In this document: one piece after another, positions 1-11,200 of the stretch
How the letters are laid out: each line of letters begins with the position of its first letter
Position numbering within the stretch: position 1 is the stretch's first letter
IMG/VR virus record: IMGVR_UViG_3300045988_133686
Span: 46,838 to 110,837 of that record
Source of the DNA: a virus
Reading direction: 5' to 3' (one strand)
DNA length: 64,000 nucleotides
Translations under genes and position numbers: made by a program
The notes under the pieces: generated by a model
What the model was told of the DNA's origin: nothing
Database searches by the model: none
What the model saw: only the letters and a program-made list of their open reading frames with translations

Positions 1-1
1 C

Positions 2-1441
2 ACGGCTGGTCAGTATGTTTTTAGCTATACGGATAACGCGCTGACCGGAACGACGAAAACTGTCACCGCGACCGTGAATGTCATTGCCCGCAATGGCATT
101 ACCTGCACCGCATACGCATTGGATGATACGGCCAGCGTCGTGTCTTTAACTATGAATAAAGAGACGCAGAACGCTAAGAGCACGCTTGCCGAGCTTGCGT
201 CCGCCATCCAACTTTCAACGGACGGAGGCGTGACATGGACTGGTACGACCGCAAATCCTATTGTTGCGGTAGGTTTTACGAATGAGGCGCAGAAATACAC
301 CAAAGCCGCTGTCTACAACATGCGCATCGAGTTCACCTCTCCACTCACTGGTTCCAGCAATATTATTAAGATCCCAGCCGACTCCATTAAGTCTGGCGAT
401 GTGAAAAATACGGAGATTTTATCCGCGACCCTCGTTGTGCCGGAAGCAACAGCCCCTGCGGCGTCTTCCAGTGATACGCAGGACACGTCCTCGCCTGTAA
501 CAAACCATATGGTGAACGGTTACGCAAACGGATATAAGTGGACGCTCAAGATTTGGAATGGATACGATGCTGGCGACCCGGATGCTCAGGCCATCGAGTC
601 GTTTGAGTCGTGCTTCGATTGCAAGGACACCCCTACGGTTAGTATTACAGGGCCATCTGTTGTGGCGGCACGCTCCGCACAATGGACTGGGGTATACAGC
701 CACGGCAAGGACATTCCATTAATGTGGAACCGATGGCAACTCCTCATCGCGGGAGATGTTGTGCGCGACACGGGTATGCAGTACGGCAATAGCGCGTTGG
801 CATACTCTTATGACGGACTGATCGCGGGCACAAATTACGTGCTGAAGCTCACCTGCGCCACGCAGGACGGTGTTGAGGTCAGCACATCGTTGCCGTTCTC
901 GGTGAACTACACAACGCTGGATTCGAACGGTATCGTCAAGGCGACACCGCAACGCGATGGTTCCGTTTACGTGCAGTGCCGCAACATGAAGTATATCACA
1001 GGCGTGCCCAGCAGCGACGGCTTCTCATATCTGGCGAACACCCCTGTTACCGATCACAATAGTGTGAGCACGGAGGGCGGGGCGAGCATTAGCTTTGTCA
1101 GCACAGAGGATGCCGACATGGATTTTGCGGACGGCGACACATTGATGGTGCGCTTGCATTCCAAGTACGATGGCACCCTATTGTCTTTCGAGGCGGATGA
1201 CGGCTCCCTATCCTTTACTCTGACGCACCGAGGGCTGGTGGACGGCTTGCTGCCGAACACTGACTTATATCCGGCGACCGACCTATACCCCGACCCGACA
1301 AAGTTTGGTGAATTCGTCTATACCGTAAACGGCAAAGAGATCGCCATCATTCCAACCCCGAACTACGGTTATAACTGGTATACGCTTTATTTAACCACAA
1401 CAAGCATAACCGCATATGCGCACACTGGAGGTGCGACCTAA
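2..1441 (+). CDS. phage tail/baseplate-associated structural protein (5-prime partial, frame open to window edge)
   Basis: ORF track 74..1441; same frame has no stop back to nt 2; beta-rich Ig-like sequence; first of a co-oriented run of tail/fibre genes. Confidence 0.6.
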   Translation, partial: TAGQYVFSYTDNALTGTTKTVTATVNVIARNGITCTAYALDDTASVVSLTMNKETQNAKSTLAELASAIQLSTDGGVTWTGTTANPIVAVGFTNEAQKYTKAAVYNMRIEFTSPLTGSSNIIKIPADSIKSGDVKNTEILSATLVVPEATAPAASSSDTQDTSSPVTNHMVNGYANGYKWTLKIWNGYDAGDPDAQAIESFESCFDCKDTPTVSITGPSVVAARSAQWTGVYSHGKDIPLMWNRWQLLIAGDVVRDTGMQYGNSALAYSYDGLIAGTNYVLKLTCATQDGVEVSTSLPFSVNYTTLDSNGIVKATPQRDGSVYVQCRNMKYITGVPSSDGFSYLANTPVTDHNSVSTEGGASISFVSTEDADMDFADGDTLMVRLHSKYDGTLLSFEADDGSLSFTLTHRGLVDGLLPNTDLYPATDLYPDPTKFGEFVYTVNGKEIAIIPTPNYGYNWYTLYLTTTSITAYAHTGGAT

Positions 1442-2271
1442 TGGCAAAAGGAACATTGACTCTTGGGCCGCACGTCTGGTGCGACTGGATCACGATTACA
1501 ACGGCGCAGCCTGGCGCGGAAACCGAGGACTTAAATTACGAGCCTGTGTGGAACAAGCAGAGTAAGTTCCTGGCGAAGTTCGACAACACGCTGCGCACCG
1601 GCAACCTAAAGGCTGATGGCACACCGCCGACGAGCTGGGCGATTTATCGTCAAGAGGTCGGCAAGGAAGCCATGCAGTATGTCATTACGGCGGAGGGCAC
1701 GGAAGCCACCTGCTTCGACTATGCCGCCGCCAACAACACACAGTATATCTATCATTCATTTGCCCGCACCGAGAGCGACATGTCTGAGGACAAGCGGAGC
1801 AACACGCTCATGCCGAACTGGAACGGGTGGATTCTGACTACCCTCGACCCAACTGACGACCCTACGTTGTTTGTGCCGCACGAGATCTTCTGTTTCGACT
1901 ACAATCTTGAGTTGGGTGATATGACAAATAATACGGGCTTTAACCAGATGGAGACATTTGGACGCTACCCAATCATTCAGCGTTCTGCCGCCAACCATAT
2001 GAGCGGACAGCTCAAGGGACTGGTTGGCATCATGGACGACCGCTGCCGCTATATCGAAACTGTGGCTATGGCTGATGCGATACAGGCGTTGACGACAGAC
2101 ACTCGCCGCAAAATCCTCAAAGACCTCAAGGGTCATGTGTGGGAGGTCGAGCTGTCCGGCGGCATTATCTTCTCGATCGAGCCTCGGCTTACCAAAGAGC
2201 CATACGCGGCTACACTGCAATGGGTTGAAGTCGGTGACGCAAGCGACATAAGGGTGGTGAAGACGGTGTGA
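1441..2271 (+). CDS. phage tail/baseplate structural protein
   Basis: TAATG stop-start overlap with upstream ORF; position in tail module; no diagnostic motif recognised. Confidence 0.55.
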   Translation: MAKGTLTLGPHVWCDWITITTAQPGAETEDLNYEPVWNKQSKFLAKFDNTLRTGNLKADGTPPTSWAIYRQEVGKEAMQYVITAEGTEATCFDYAAANNTQYIYHSFARTESDMSEDKRSNTLMPNWNGWILTTLDPTDDPTLFVPHEIFCFDYNLELGDMTNNTGFNQMETFGRYPIIQRSAANHMSGQLKGLVGIMDDRCRYIETVAMADAIQALTTDTRRKILKDLKGHVWEVELSGGIIFSIEPRLTKEPYAATLQWVEVGDASDIRVVKTV

Positions 2272-3521
2272 ATACATACTATGCGCGGTATGCAGAATAC
2301 CTAGACAAGATCACACGCCCGCACATCGCGGCTACGAAAATTGAGTGGCTGAATCCTGATGGCTCGGTTGCCTTTGATATTACCGAGGATTCTATCCAAT
2401 CCGGCACCATCAACGTGCAGTACCAAAACGGCATTCGCAGCACCGCCGACATCACCCTGGACAATTGGGCGCAAACTTTCGACGTTAACGCTGACAAAAT
2501 ATGGTTCGGGCAGCAGATTAAGATCAGCAAAGGGCTGTACCTAGACGACGGAACGCCCTTCTACGTGCCCAAAGGCGTGTATTATGTGAGCAATCCCGAT
2601 CAGGTCTACTCCCCCACTCAGCGCACCACGCACCTATCCTTGGTGGATAAATGGGGCTATCTGGACGGCAGCTTGTTCGGCAATTTGGACGGCATTTATC
2701 AGCTCAATATAGGCGACGATTTATTTGTGGCGCTGCGGGAATTGCTCTTAAAGGATCGCGGCAATGGAATCCCATATGACTCCATGCCTCCCATCCTCAG
2801 CAGTTACTACCAAGGACGCACAACGACCGCCGCGTACACCAAGCTCATCACGAGCTTTGATGCTACGGGCGCTGAATATACGACCACAGAACTTGAATAC
2901 CGCGACATCCCCGTAACGGAATGCCCATATACCTCGCGCATCGAAGCCACAGGCACATTTGCTGACGTCGTGTTAGAAATCGCGAAGATGCTGGTCGCGA
3001 ACGTTGGATATGACGCAGCGGGTCGGCTTTGCATTGAACCCAACAACACAGACATCCACAACTCAGACCGTCCAGTGCTTTGGCATTACCGAACGACCGA
3101 AAACTCATTGTTGAGTGTGTCGTACCAGTTCCCGCTTTCGGATGTATTCAACTCTGTCACCGTGACAGGAGCTACCCTCAATGGCTTGCAGGCCAAGGGA
3201 TTTGCGCAGAACACAGACGCCCGCAGTGGCACCAGTGTCGCCCGTATCGGTGTCAAGAGTTATTCCGAGGAGCAAAGCTCGTATTACACCAACTTGCAGT
3301 GTCAGGAGATGGCAGACTACCTGCTGCAACAAAAATCCTCACTGCTGACAACTACGACGATTGATTCGGTGCCTATATATCACATGGATGTAAACTGCCT
3401 CGTAACGCTAGAGCGCCCGGAGATTTCCTCGGCGGTTGATACCTATCTTGTTACGGGCTACTCTATGCCGGTTGGTCAAACGGGTTCGATGAGCATCAAC
3501 GCGGTGCGCGCCTATCGTTAA
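2268..3521 (+). CDS. phage baseplate/tail-associated protein
   Basis: GTGA start-stop overlap with upstream ORF; 417 aa; position between tail proteins and fibres. Confidence 0.55.
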   Translation: MNTYYARYAEYLDKITRPHIAATKIEWLNPDGSVAFDITEDSIQSGTINVQYQNGIRSTADITLDNWAQTFDVNADKIWFGQQIKISKGLYLDDGTPFYVPKGVYYVSNPDQVYSPTQRTTHLSLVDKWGYLDGSLFGNLDGIYQLNIGDDLFVALRELLLKDRGNGIPYDSMPPILSSYYQGRTTTAAYTKLITSFDATGAEYTTTELEYRDIPVTECPYTSRIEATGTFADVVLEIAKMLVANVGYDAAGRLCIEPNNTDIHNSDRPVLWHYRTTENSLLSVSYQFPLSDVFNSVTVTGATLNGLQAKGFAQNTDARSGTSVARIGVKSYSEEQSSYYTNLQCQEMADYLLQQKSSLLTTTTIDSVPIYHMDVNCLVTLERPEISSAVDTYLVTGYSMPVGQTGSMSINAVRAYR

Positions 3522-3526
3522 GGAGA

Positions 3527-5422
3527 ATGGACATGAGTATATATCTCGTAAATGAGCGAAAACAACTGATTCGCACCCAGTCCTCCGTTATTTATGAGCG
3601 CGAGACTGGGGCGGGCACACTGCAATTCGTGATACCGACTGCCATTGACGGTATTGATTTAGCGGCTTGCGCCTGCACCTTGCACACGATCAACATGGAC
3701 TGCGCGGGCAATGTTCACGCGCTGGACTACATTAATAATGAAGACTTCCCGGAGCATCTCTTCTGCTCGTACACGCTGCGCACTGAGGACACCTATAAAG
3801 ACGGCGACGTAGATATTTGGCTGGAATTTGCGAACGCGGAGCAGGAGGTTATCCTCAAGACAGCAGAGACAAAGTACACCGTCGTGGATCACCAGATTGT
3901 GGCGGATTATCTGCCGGACGGGCAGCTTGACCTGCTGGAAGAATACCTGCTGAAGTTTAGCGGCATTAAGACCGATGTCGAAGGCTCTGCTGCACAGGCT
4001 AAAGCGGATGCGGAACGCACCACTCTGCTTGCCGCAAATGCCGCGGATTCCGAGGCTAACGCCGCAAAAAGTGCATCCGAAGCCAGTGATTCCGCCGTGC
4101 GGGCTGCAAGCTGCGTGGATCTTGCTGACGACGCAGCACGCGCAGCCAGTACCTCAGCTCAGAACGCTGCGCAGTCCGCTGATGCCGCCGCACAATCTGC
4201 TGCAAAAATTGCCGAAGCAGAGAAATTTGCCGAACAGGCGGAGCAAAGTGCGTCGAAGGCAGGGCAATATGCTGCTGACGCTGCGGCTAGCATGATCGAA
4301 GCACAGAACGGGGCCAGTGTCGCTGAGCGGGAATCCGCTAACGCCGCGCAATCCGCCAAGGATGCTGCGCAGTCTATGGCATCTGCCGAAACTTACGCCA
4401 AGGGTACGGCGTCGGATCGTTACACAACGGCGCGACTTGTGGACGCGGCGGCTGTCAGTGCTCGTGATGCGGCAGGGTATGCCGAGCAAAGTGCCGCCTC
4501 CGCACAGCAGGCAAGTAAGAGCGCGCAGGACGCAGCGAATGCCATCGGTAGACTAACAGTAGATGTGAAGGACGGCAAAACTGCCAGCGCAGTCGTTTCT
4601 GATGTTGACGGGCATAAACACATTGATTTCATACTGCCAGGCGCAGGCGGGGCAAAAGTAGAGATTGATAACAAGACGATCACGCGCGACGCAGACGGTA
4701 AGTTGCAAACTGCTGTGGGCGGATACATCAACGAAGACGCTCTGCATATTACGTGGGATGGTAACACCGACGGATTGGTGTCTGTTGCTCTAGGTGAAAG
4801 CAATGTGTTCTACAAAGTTAGCGACCTAACACCAACCGTAAGCGAGCTGACCGGGGCAACGCTTGTGGATAGCGACGGTACCTCTATAACTATAAACAGT
4901 GACGATCTTGATGACACAAACCATGATTATGTTTTCTGTGGCAGTGAGCCTCCAATAATGGTAGTAGTAATCTACAAGGACGATGCTCTTATCCACGGAG
5001 TCACCTTTCCTAAAAAGGGGACATATTTCGGAATGGGAGACGATGAAGCCGGAACACTCTTTCTCTCTTCTCTAACCGCTGGCAACGCCGTGGTGCAAAT
5101 TGACGAGAGGTTCATCCCAAAGACGTCGGTGGTGCAGGAATTAGAAAACCAGGTGCGGGATCTTGGCCTCAGCGTGAATCGTGCGAACGGCAATGCGGTA
5201 ACTGCACTCAGCGGCGCAGATACAGCGCAGAAAATCGCGATCAACGCACGGAGTATCGCAAACGCCGCGCAAAATGCGCAGCAAACCGCGAACACTGCAC
5301 TAGCAAAGGCAACAGCGATTAATAAAGAAATCATCCTCGTCTCCTCTACCGCCAATTCCACAAAAAAGTTCAAGATTACGATAGACGATAACGGCCAACT
5401 ATCCGCCACAGAAGTGGTGTAA
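3527..5422 (+). CDS. tail fibre protein with Ala/Gln/Ser-rich coiled-coil stalk
   Basis: RBS AAGGAGA upstream; about 200 aa of repeats such as AAQSADAAAQSAAKIAEAEKFAEQAEQSASKA typical of fibre shafts. Confidence 0.65.
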   Translation: MDMSIYLVNERKQLIRTQSSVIYERETGAGTLQFVIPTAIDGIDLAACACTLHTINMDCAGNVHALDYINNEDFPEHLFCSYTLRTEDTYKDGDVDIWLEFANAEQEVILKTAETKYTVVDHQIVADYLPDGQLDLLEEYLLKFSGIKTDVEGSAAQAKADAERTTLLAANAADSEANAAKSASEASDSAVRAASCVDLADDAARAASTSAQNAAQSADAAAQSAAKIAEAEKFAEQAEQSASKAGQYAADAAASMIEAQNGASVAERESANAAQSAKDAAQSMASAETYAKGTASDRYTTARLVDAAAVSARDAAGYAEQSAASAQQASKSAQDAANAIGRLTVDVKDGKTASAVVSDVDGHKHIDFILPGAGGAKVEIDNKTITRDADGKLQTAVGGYINEDALHITWDGNTDGLVSVALGESNVFYKVSDLTPTVSELTGATLVDSDGTSITINSDDLDDTNHDYVFCGSEPPIMVVVIYKDDALIHGVTFPKKGTYFGMGDDEAGTLFLSSLTAGNAVVQIDERFIPKTSVVQELENQVRDLGLSVNRANGNAVTALSGADTAQKIAINARSIANAAQNAQQTANTALAKATAINKEIILVSSTANSTKKFKITIDDNGQLSATEVV

Positions 5423-5449
5423 CGTGCCACGGCACAAAGGAGGTGAGTT

Positions 5450-6481
5450 ATGCGGGTAATCAGATTTAACGGGCAAACACCAACCCCGGACACATTTAAG
5501 CTGTGCAACCTCAGTGACAACAAGTGGGAGAAGATCGAGTTCCACATCCCGCGCTATGCTGGCATGAACGCAACTCTCCACCTGACAATTGGCGATTACT
5601 CCGATGTGGTCAACCTCTCCTCAGACGGCGTTTATACCGTGCAGCGCAAGCACACGCAACAGGCGGGCACCATCCGCGGCTATATCACCATCGTTGGCGA
5701 TGAAGACATTGTTTGGCATTCAGACGAGTTCAAGATGATTGTGGGCGATGTGCGCGACGATGGGCCAGCTATTGCGGACGCGTACCCATCGGCATTTGAG
5801 GACGCTCTAAAAGCTCTTGCGGAGATCAAGACTGCGCAGGAGGATGTGACGAAGACTGCTGCGGACGTTGCAATTAACGCGAAAGAAGCCCAGGATGCCT
5901 CACAGGTTGCGCAAACCGCCGCGCAGGATGCCAGTAAATCTCAGCAAGCCGCCAAGGAAGCAGCCGACGCAGCCTCAGCAACACTGAGCGATGTTCATGG
6001 CATCAAGACGAGCGTTGACGAACTTGCCGCAGAGTCCCGCAGCAATGCGGAGCGCGCAAAACAGTCCGCCGACAACGCGGCCGCAAGTGCGCAATCTTCT
6101 GCCAACGCCGCGCAATCCGCGCAGCAGTCCGGCGCACAGGCTACGTTGGCAGCATCTGACGCGGTGCAGTCTGCCACCTCTGCTATTGACGCCGCACAGC
6201 GCAGCGCGGTCAACGCCGACCAGTCCCGCAGCAATGCGGAGCAAGCGAAGGCCAGTGCTGACGCGGCAGCTAGGAGTGAGGCACAGGCCAAGCAGTATGA
6301 AGCCGACGCGCGCAAGGCAGCCGAGCAGGCAATTGGCGGGTCGAGAGATCATAGGAACCTTACTAATAGGGATGCCCCAGACCAGCACCCAATCGGAGCA
6401 ATTACAGGATTGGCGTCGCGTCTTACAGACGTGGAGTCTCGACCAATGACAAGTGCAGAAATTCTTGCGATCATGAAATGA
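5450..6481 (+). CDS. tail fibre-like protein with paralogous Ala/Gln-rich stalk
   Basis: RBS AAAGGAGGTGA before ATG; central DASQVAQTAAQDASKSQQAAKEAADAASA-type repeats resembling 3527..5422. Confidence 0.6.
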   Translation: MRVIRFNGQTPTPDTFKLCNLSDNKWEKIEFHIPRYAGMNATLHLTIGDYSDVVNLSSDGVYTVQRKHTQQAGTIRGYITIVGDEDIVWHSDEFKMIVGDVRDDGPAIADAYPSAFEDALKALAEIKTAQEDVTKTAADVAINAKEAQDASQVAQTAAQDASKSQQAAKEAADAASATLSDVHGIKTSVDELAAESRSNAERAKQSADNAAASAQSSANAAQSAQQSGAQATLAASDAVQSATSAIDAAQRSAVNADQSRSNAEQAKASADAAARSEAQAKQYEADARKAAEQAIGGSRDHRNLTNRDAPDQHPIGAITGLASRLTDVESRPMTSAEILAIMK

Positions 6482-6491
6482 GGATGAGCAT

Positions 6492-7784
6492 ATGGCTGAT
6501 GAAAAAGTATATTTAGGCAAAGACCAACTTGCCTTGGTGTGGCAGTTGATTAAGAATGCCTTTGTCGCCAAGGTTGAGGGCAAGGGACTTTCTACCAACG
6601 ACTTTACCAATGACCTTCTGACCAAGCTGACTGGCATCCAGACCGGCGCTACTGCTGTGGCGAATTCCGCCAAGAACGGTGCTATCACCATTAATGGAAA
6701 AGACGAGACGGTGTACGCGCTACCGGCCGCAACAGCAAGCCTACTCGGCGGCGTCATCATCGGCGCTGGTCTTTCCATTGACGATACCGGCAAGCTAATT
6801 AACGCTATCACGAAATTAAGCCAGCTCGAAAATGATGCTGGCTTTATTACTACCGCGGACATCCCCGAAGGCGCTGCTGCCTCGACCACCACGCCTAAAA
6901 TGGACGGCACGGCGACGACCGGCACGGAACTTGCCTTCGCGCGTGGCGATCACGTCCACCCATCTGATACTACGAAGGTGGACAAGGAAACCGGCAAGGG
7001 TTTGTCCACGAATGATCTGACCAATGTGCTGAAGGGTAACTATGACGCAGCATACACGCATAGCGTCGCCCCGCACGCACCTTCCAACGCAGAGAAGAAT
7101 GTGATCGTCGGCATCCAGAAAAACGGGACGGATGTTTCGGTCAACGCCACGACGCGCAAGGCCAACATCGTTGTACCCACTAAGGTTAGTGACTTGACAA
7201 ATGATACCGGCTTCATCACTGCGAGTGAGGTGCCGGAGACATATACGTTGCCCGACGCAACTTCGACCGTAAAGGGCGGCGTCAAGATCGGCAACAACGT
7301 GAAGGTGGTTGGCGCGACCATCTCTGTTGACGATGCTTCCGCAAGCGCAAAGGGCGTTGTCCAACTTGCTATCGCTGCCACGGATGATGATACGAAAGCG
7401 GCTACGGCTGGCGCTCTCTATGACGTTAACACAGATCTGAGCGCGAAGATTGCGGCGAAACAGTCCCCCGCCACGTCTCTTGCTGGCTACGGGATCACGG
7501 ACGCGTACACAAAGACCGAGATTAACTCCATGGTTTCGTCCGTCCTTCATTATAAAGGCACAAAGACGAGCTACTCTGATCTGCCCAAGACTGGTAACGT
7601 TGTTGGCGACGTGTGGAATATCGAAAATGCTAATACCTTACATGGGGTACGCGCCGGTGACAACGTAGCGTGGAATGGTACTGCATGGGACGTGCTGGCA
7701 GGCACGATTGACCTGTCTACGTATCTGCAAACGTCCGAGCTGCGGGAAATAACAGAGGGCGAAATCAAGTCCATCTGTGTGTGA
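6492..7784 (+). CDS. tail fibre protein with KGLSTND(F/L)TN repeat motifs
   Basis: Repeated GKGLSTNDFTNDL / GKGLSTNDLTNVL / SDLTNDTGFIT / LENDAGFIT motifs common in Firmicute phage fibre proteins. Confidence 0.65.
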   Translation: MADEKVYLGKDQLALVWQLIKNAFVAKVEGKGLSTNDFTNDLLTKLTGIQTGATAVANSAKNGAITINGKDETVYALPAATASLLGGVIIGAGLSIDDTGKLINAITKLSQLENDAGFITTADIPEGAAASTTTPKMDGTATTGTELAFARGDHVHPSDTTKVDKETGKGLSTNDLTNVLKGNYDAAYTHSVAPHAPSNAEKNVIVGIQKNGTDVSVNATTRKANIVVPTKVSDLTNDTGFITASEVPETYTLPDATSTVKGGVKIGNNVKVVGATISVDDASASAKGVVQLAIAATDDDTKAATAGALYDVNTDLSAKIAAKQSPATSLAGYGITDAYTKTEINSMVSSVLHYKGTKTSYSDLPKTGNVVGDVWNIENANTLHGVRAGDNVAWNGTAWDVLAGTIDLSTYLQTSELREITEGEIKSICV

Positions 7785-7797
7785 GTGAGGTGAGCTT

Positions 7798-7974
7798 ATG
7801 GCGATACCTTCTCCTCCAGACTCGCGTTACTTTTACTTAGACAAAACAGGGCTGGGAACATTGTGGGCGTTGATAAAAGAGAAGTTCGCGAGTAAGACGC
7901 ATACACACACAGCGTCAGACATCACGGGTCTAAGCGCCGCAACAACGATTACCATATACCGTTACACAGAATGA
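7798..7974 (+). CDS. small fibre-associated protein (58 aa, below ORF-track cutoff)
   Basis: GTGAGGTGAGCTT-ATG RBS; N-terminus LDKTGLGTLWALIKEKF resembles N-terminus of 6492..7784 (LGKDQLALVWQLIKNAF); stop TGA at 7972. Confidence 0.45.
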   Translation: MAIPSPPDSRYFYLDKTGLGTLWALIKEKFASKTHTHTASDITGLSAATTITIYRYTE

Positions 7975-7989
7975 TAAGGAGGTGGCCGC

Positions 7990-8241
7990 ATGGCCTATTA
8001 TCTCGGCTCAAAGCGCATCTCAGGCGTGCTGACCGAATACGCTACGACAGAAATCAACACATCTGACGCCACGGCCACAGCGGCCGACATAATTGAAGGA
8101 AAGACCGCTGGTGTCGGCGGGCAGCTCGTCACCGGTACACTAAAACAGAATCATCTCTACGTTGCGCATACCGCCGGGGCACCATCTAACAATCTTGGTG
8201 TGCCCGGCGATCTGTATATTATCATCGAGGAGGGCGAGTAA
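7990..8241 (+). CDS. small fibre-module protein
   Basis: RBS AAGGAGGTG; motif SDATATAADIIEGKTA..G..VTGT also present at N-terminus of 11757..12488. Confidence 0.55.
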   Translation: MAYYLGSKRISGVLTEYATTEINTSDATATAADIIEGKTAGVGGQLVTGTLKQNHLYVAHTAGAPSNNLGVPGDLYIIIEEGE

Positions 8242-11200
8242 TGGCGGTCACTCCTATCACATACGTTGGGAGGTTGGTCGCTCAGGACAACGACCTCCCC
8301 ACCCTAGATACTATGTATGATGTGGCTTACCGTTATACATCGATCACAGCGTCGATGAATGCCGCCATACCAGCGTTCTACAGCTTGAACACTGACTCTG
8401 ATCTCACATCATCATCAATATGGTCTTATCTCGAAGATGGCAATCCGGCCACGACGATAGCTGCTGACGAGGACTTTACTGTTGAGTTCTGGATGCAACT
8501 CGAAAAAACAGGGCTCGAACAAACCATCATCAATGGTCCAACGTCCAACAACTTATTCATATATCTTGGCACGGCGAATAAACTGAATTTTGATCTTGGT
8601 ACAACATCCACATCACATAACTGTGCTTCATACGCATTTGCTGCGTCAACATGGTACCACATTGCCTTCGTGCGAAGCGGTGGTACCGTAACCTATTACG
8701 TAAACGGTGATGCTCTCGAAACCTGGACGATGAACGTCGCACTTTCCATACCGGCCTCTATCAGATACGGCCAACAATGGAATGGCGTCGCTGCGTCGCA
8801 CCAATTTTACGGTGATCTCGCTGGTGTGTGTATCCTGAGAGGCGCAAAATACACCGCCCCGTTTGCCCCGCCTATGACCCCGGCGCAGTACGAAGATGTT
8901 ACATCCGCCCCAGTCGAACTCTTTGAGCTTGTAGGTGACACCGTGACAGATCGTTACGGGCACAATCTCACGAAAACTGACATCTCCACAAGTGGGGATG
9001 CAACATTTCTTGGGCAGAATACGCTGTTTTTTAATGGCACATCATCTGTGCTCACCACTGCGCTTTACTGCGGCAAGGCCGCCGACTTTACCATCGACTG
9101 GTGGTGTAAGCCAAACTCTGTGAGCAATTACAACAATTGGAATACCGTCTTAGAATGGAGATCTGACCTAACATCAGGGCGTGGGTATTACTGCCATATT
9201 ATGACACAGGGCAGGAGCATTTGTTCGGCACCGAGCGTTGCTACAAGCAGCAGTGGGTATGCAAGTGGCCCAACTAGTTACCATGGTATCGGCGGCAACA
9301 GTTGGAACCATTACGCGATCGTAAAGCGCGGTGGCACCTGCTACTTCTATATCAATGGTGTTCAGCACGCTGTCACTTACGCCACATCAAACTACATGTG
9401 GCCGACGTTGTTATCGGTCGGAAAGTGTGCGTTCACGAGCGGGTACTATTCGGGGTATGTTGCGCATCTTCGGGTATGCTGCGGCGCGCGCTGGACTGGA
9501 AACTTTGCTGTACCCAACAACCTTGCTGATTACGGGCTGGGCACTGCGCAGAAATATGATATTACAAACGGCGCCCCTGAACAACTATCAGCCTCCCCTA
9601 ATACAGTCCTGGAATGCAATTACTCCGGCGCTGCAATTCCGATCACTCTCCCACGTGGCGCATACAAGCTCGAATGCTGGGGTGCCTCTGGCGGCTATTA
9701 CCAAAATACGTCTGGCGGCCGCGGCGGTTATTCGTGCGGTACACTGACATTACAAGACACGACCAAACTCTATTTATATGCTGGTGGTATGGGCGAGGAC
9801 TTTGAGAACTACAAACGCTCATCTGCTGGCAACGTGTACGCTGGCGGCTTCAACGGCGGCGGTTCGGCCAAGGTTGTTTACTACAGCGGCACAACCACAA
9901 CTCCTTCCGGTGGTGGCGGCGGCACGGACATCCGCATCGGGGCGAAGAGCCTCTACGCGCGTGTTATCGTCGCGGGCGGTGGCAGTGGTGCTACCAACGG
10001 CAACGCGGGGTACGTTGGCGGAGGTGAGTCCGGTGGCGGGTATAATACTTCCTTTGCTGGTAAGGCGGCTGCTGCTGGCACAAATGGAGCTTTCGGTGTC
10101 GGCGCGTCCTCTTCTCCGAGTTCAACAAACTATAAGTATTCAGGTACGGGCGCTGGTGGTGGCTGGTACGGCGGCGGCGCAACTTCGACATATAGTGACA
10201 GCGATACATCGCTACCCAAACAGGCGGGCGGTGGCTCTGGTTATGTGTATGCACAAACCTCGGCGCAGAATTATCCGTCTGGCTGTCTGCTCAACAGCGC
10301 GCAGTATCTAGCGGATGGTCTAACAAAGGCTGGCTCTGAAGCCATCCCGGAAATCAACGGCGACACTGCGTGTGCAAGCCAATTCGGTCACGCTGGGTAT
10401 ATTCGCGTCACCGTGCTAAATGTGCCACCAGCTATCTACCTGCGAACTTCTGCGGGCTGGAAGCGTGTACGTGATGTATGCACCAATCAAAATACGTCTG
10501 GTTGGACAAGCATTATAGAGTCTAGCGCGGATGTTATTCGGGCAACGTTAGCCTCTGCTATCACAACGGTGTCGCCCAACAACGTGGAATATGTGTGGCG
10601 CAAGTGTACGCGCGATGCCAATACAAAACTCCTCTTGAAATTTGACGATGGCGTAACTGACGTGAGCGGAAATGATGTGGCATTGGTATCGCAGGGAGTC
10701 ACCACATCCGACGCACAGTCGAAGTTCGGCGGAAAGAGTGGCTATTTTAACGGGAGCACCGCATGGATTGATTTTACTGTTAAATCTGTATTCAATCCAA
10801 ATGCCGACTGGACAATCGACTGGTGGGAATATATTGAGACGAAAGTGAATGCGGCCTGTATATACAACCAGACGAATGGCATACACAATAACGACCGCGG
10901 CATCTTGCTGGGCTATCAATCATCGTCAAACAATGAATACGCATATGTTACCGACAGTGCCAGCGGTTGGACGATTGCGGACAGTAAAACCATGGGTGCA
11001 TTAACCACCGGGCAGTGGGTGCATCGGGCAGTTGTGCGCTCCGGCAGCACTTACTACACTTTCCGTGACGGCGTGCAACAGGCTACATGGACGTCAACTA
11101 AAAGCATCCTAAGCACAGCTACACTTGGTACCATCGGGCGTTACGCCAACGGAATAAAATACTACAAAGGATATATCGATGAGTTCCGCATTTCAGATAT

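Noticed and set aside
5975-6925. 316-aa minus-strand ORF, and many other 60-190-aa antisense or alternative-frame ORFs inside the fibre genes (for example 4154..4489, 4420..4803, 9778..10311, 11886..12455)
   Set aside because: They lie inside Ala/Gly-rich (GCN/GGN) coding repeats that keep several frames open. They lack RBSs and have Arg/Cys/Pro-rich nonsense-like composition. They fully overlap well-supported + strand genes.
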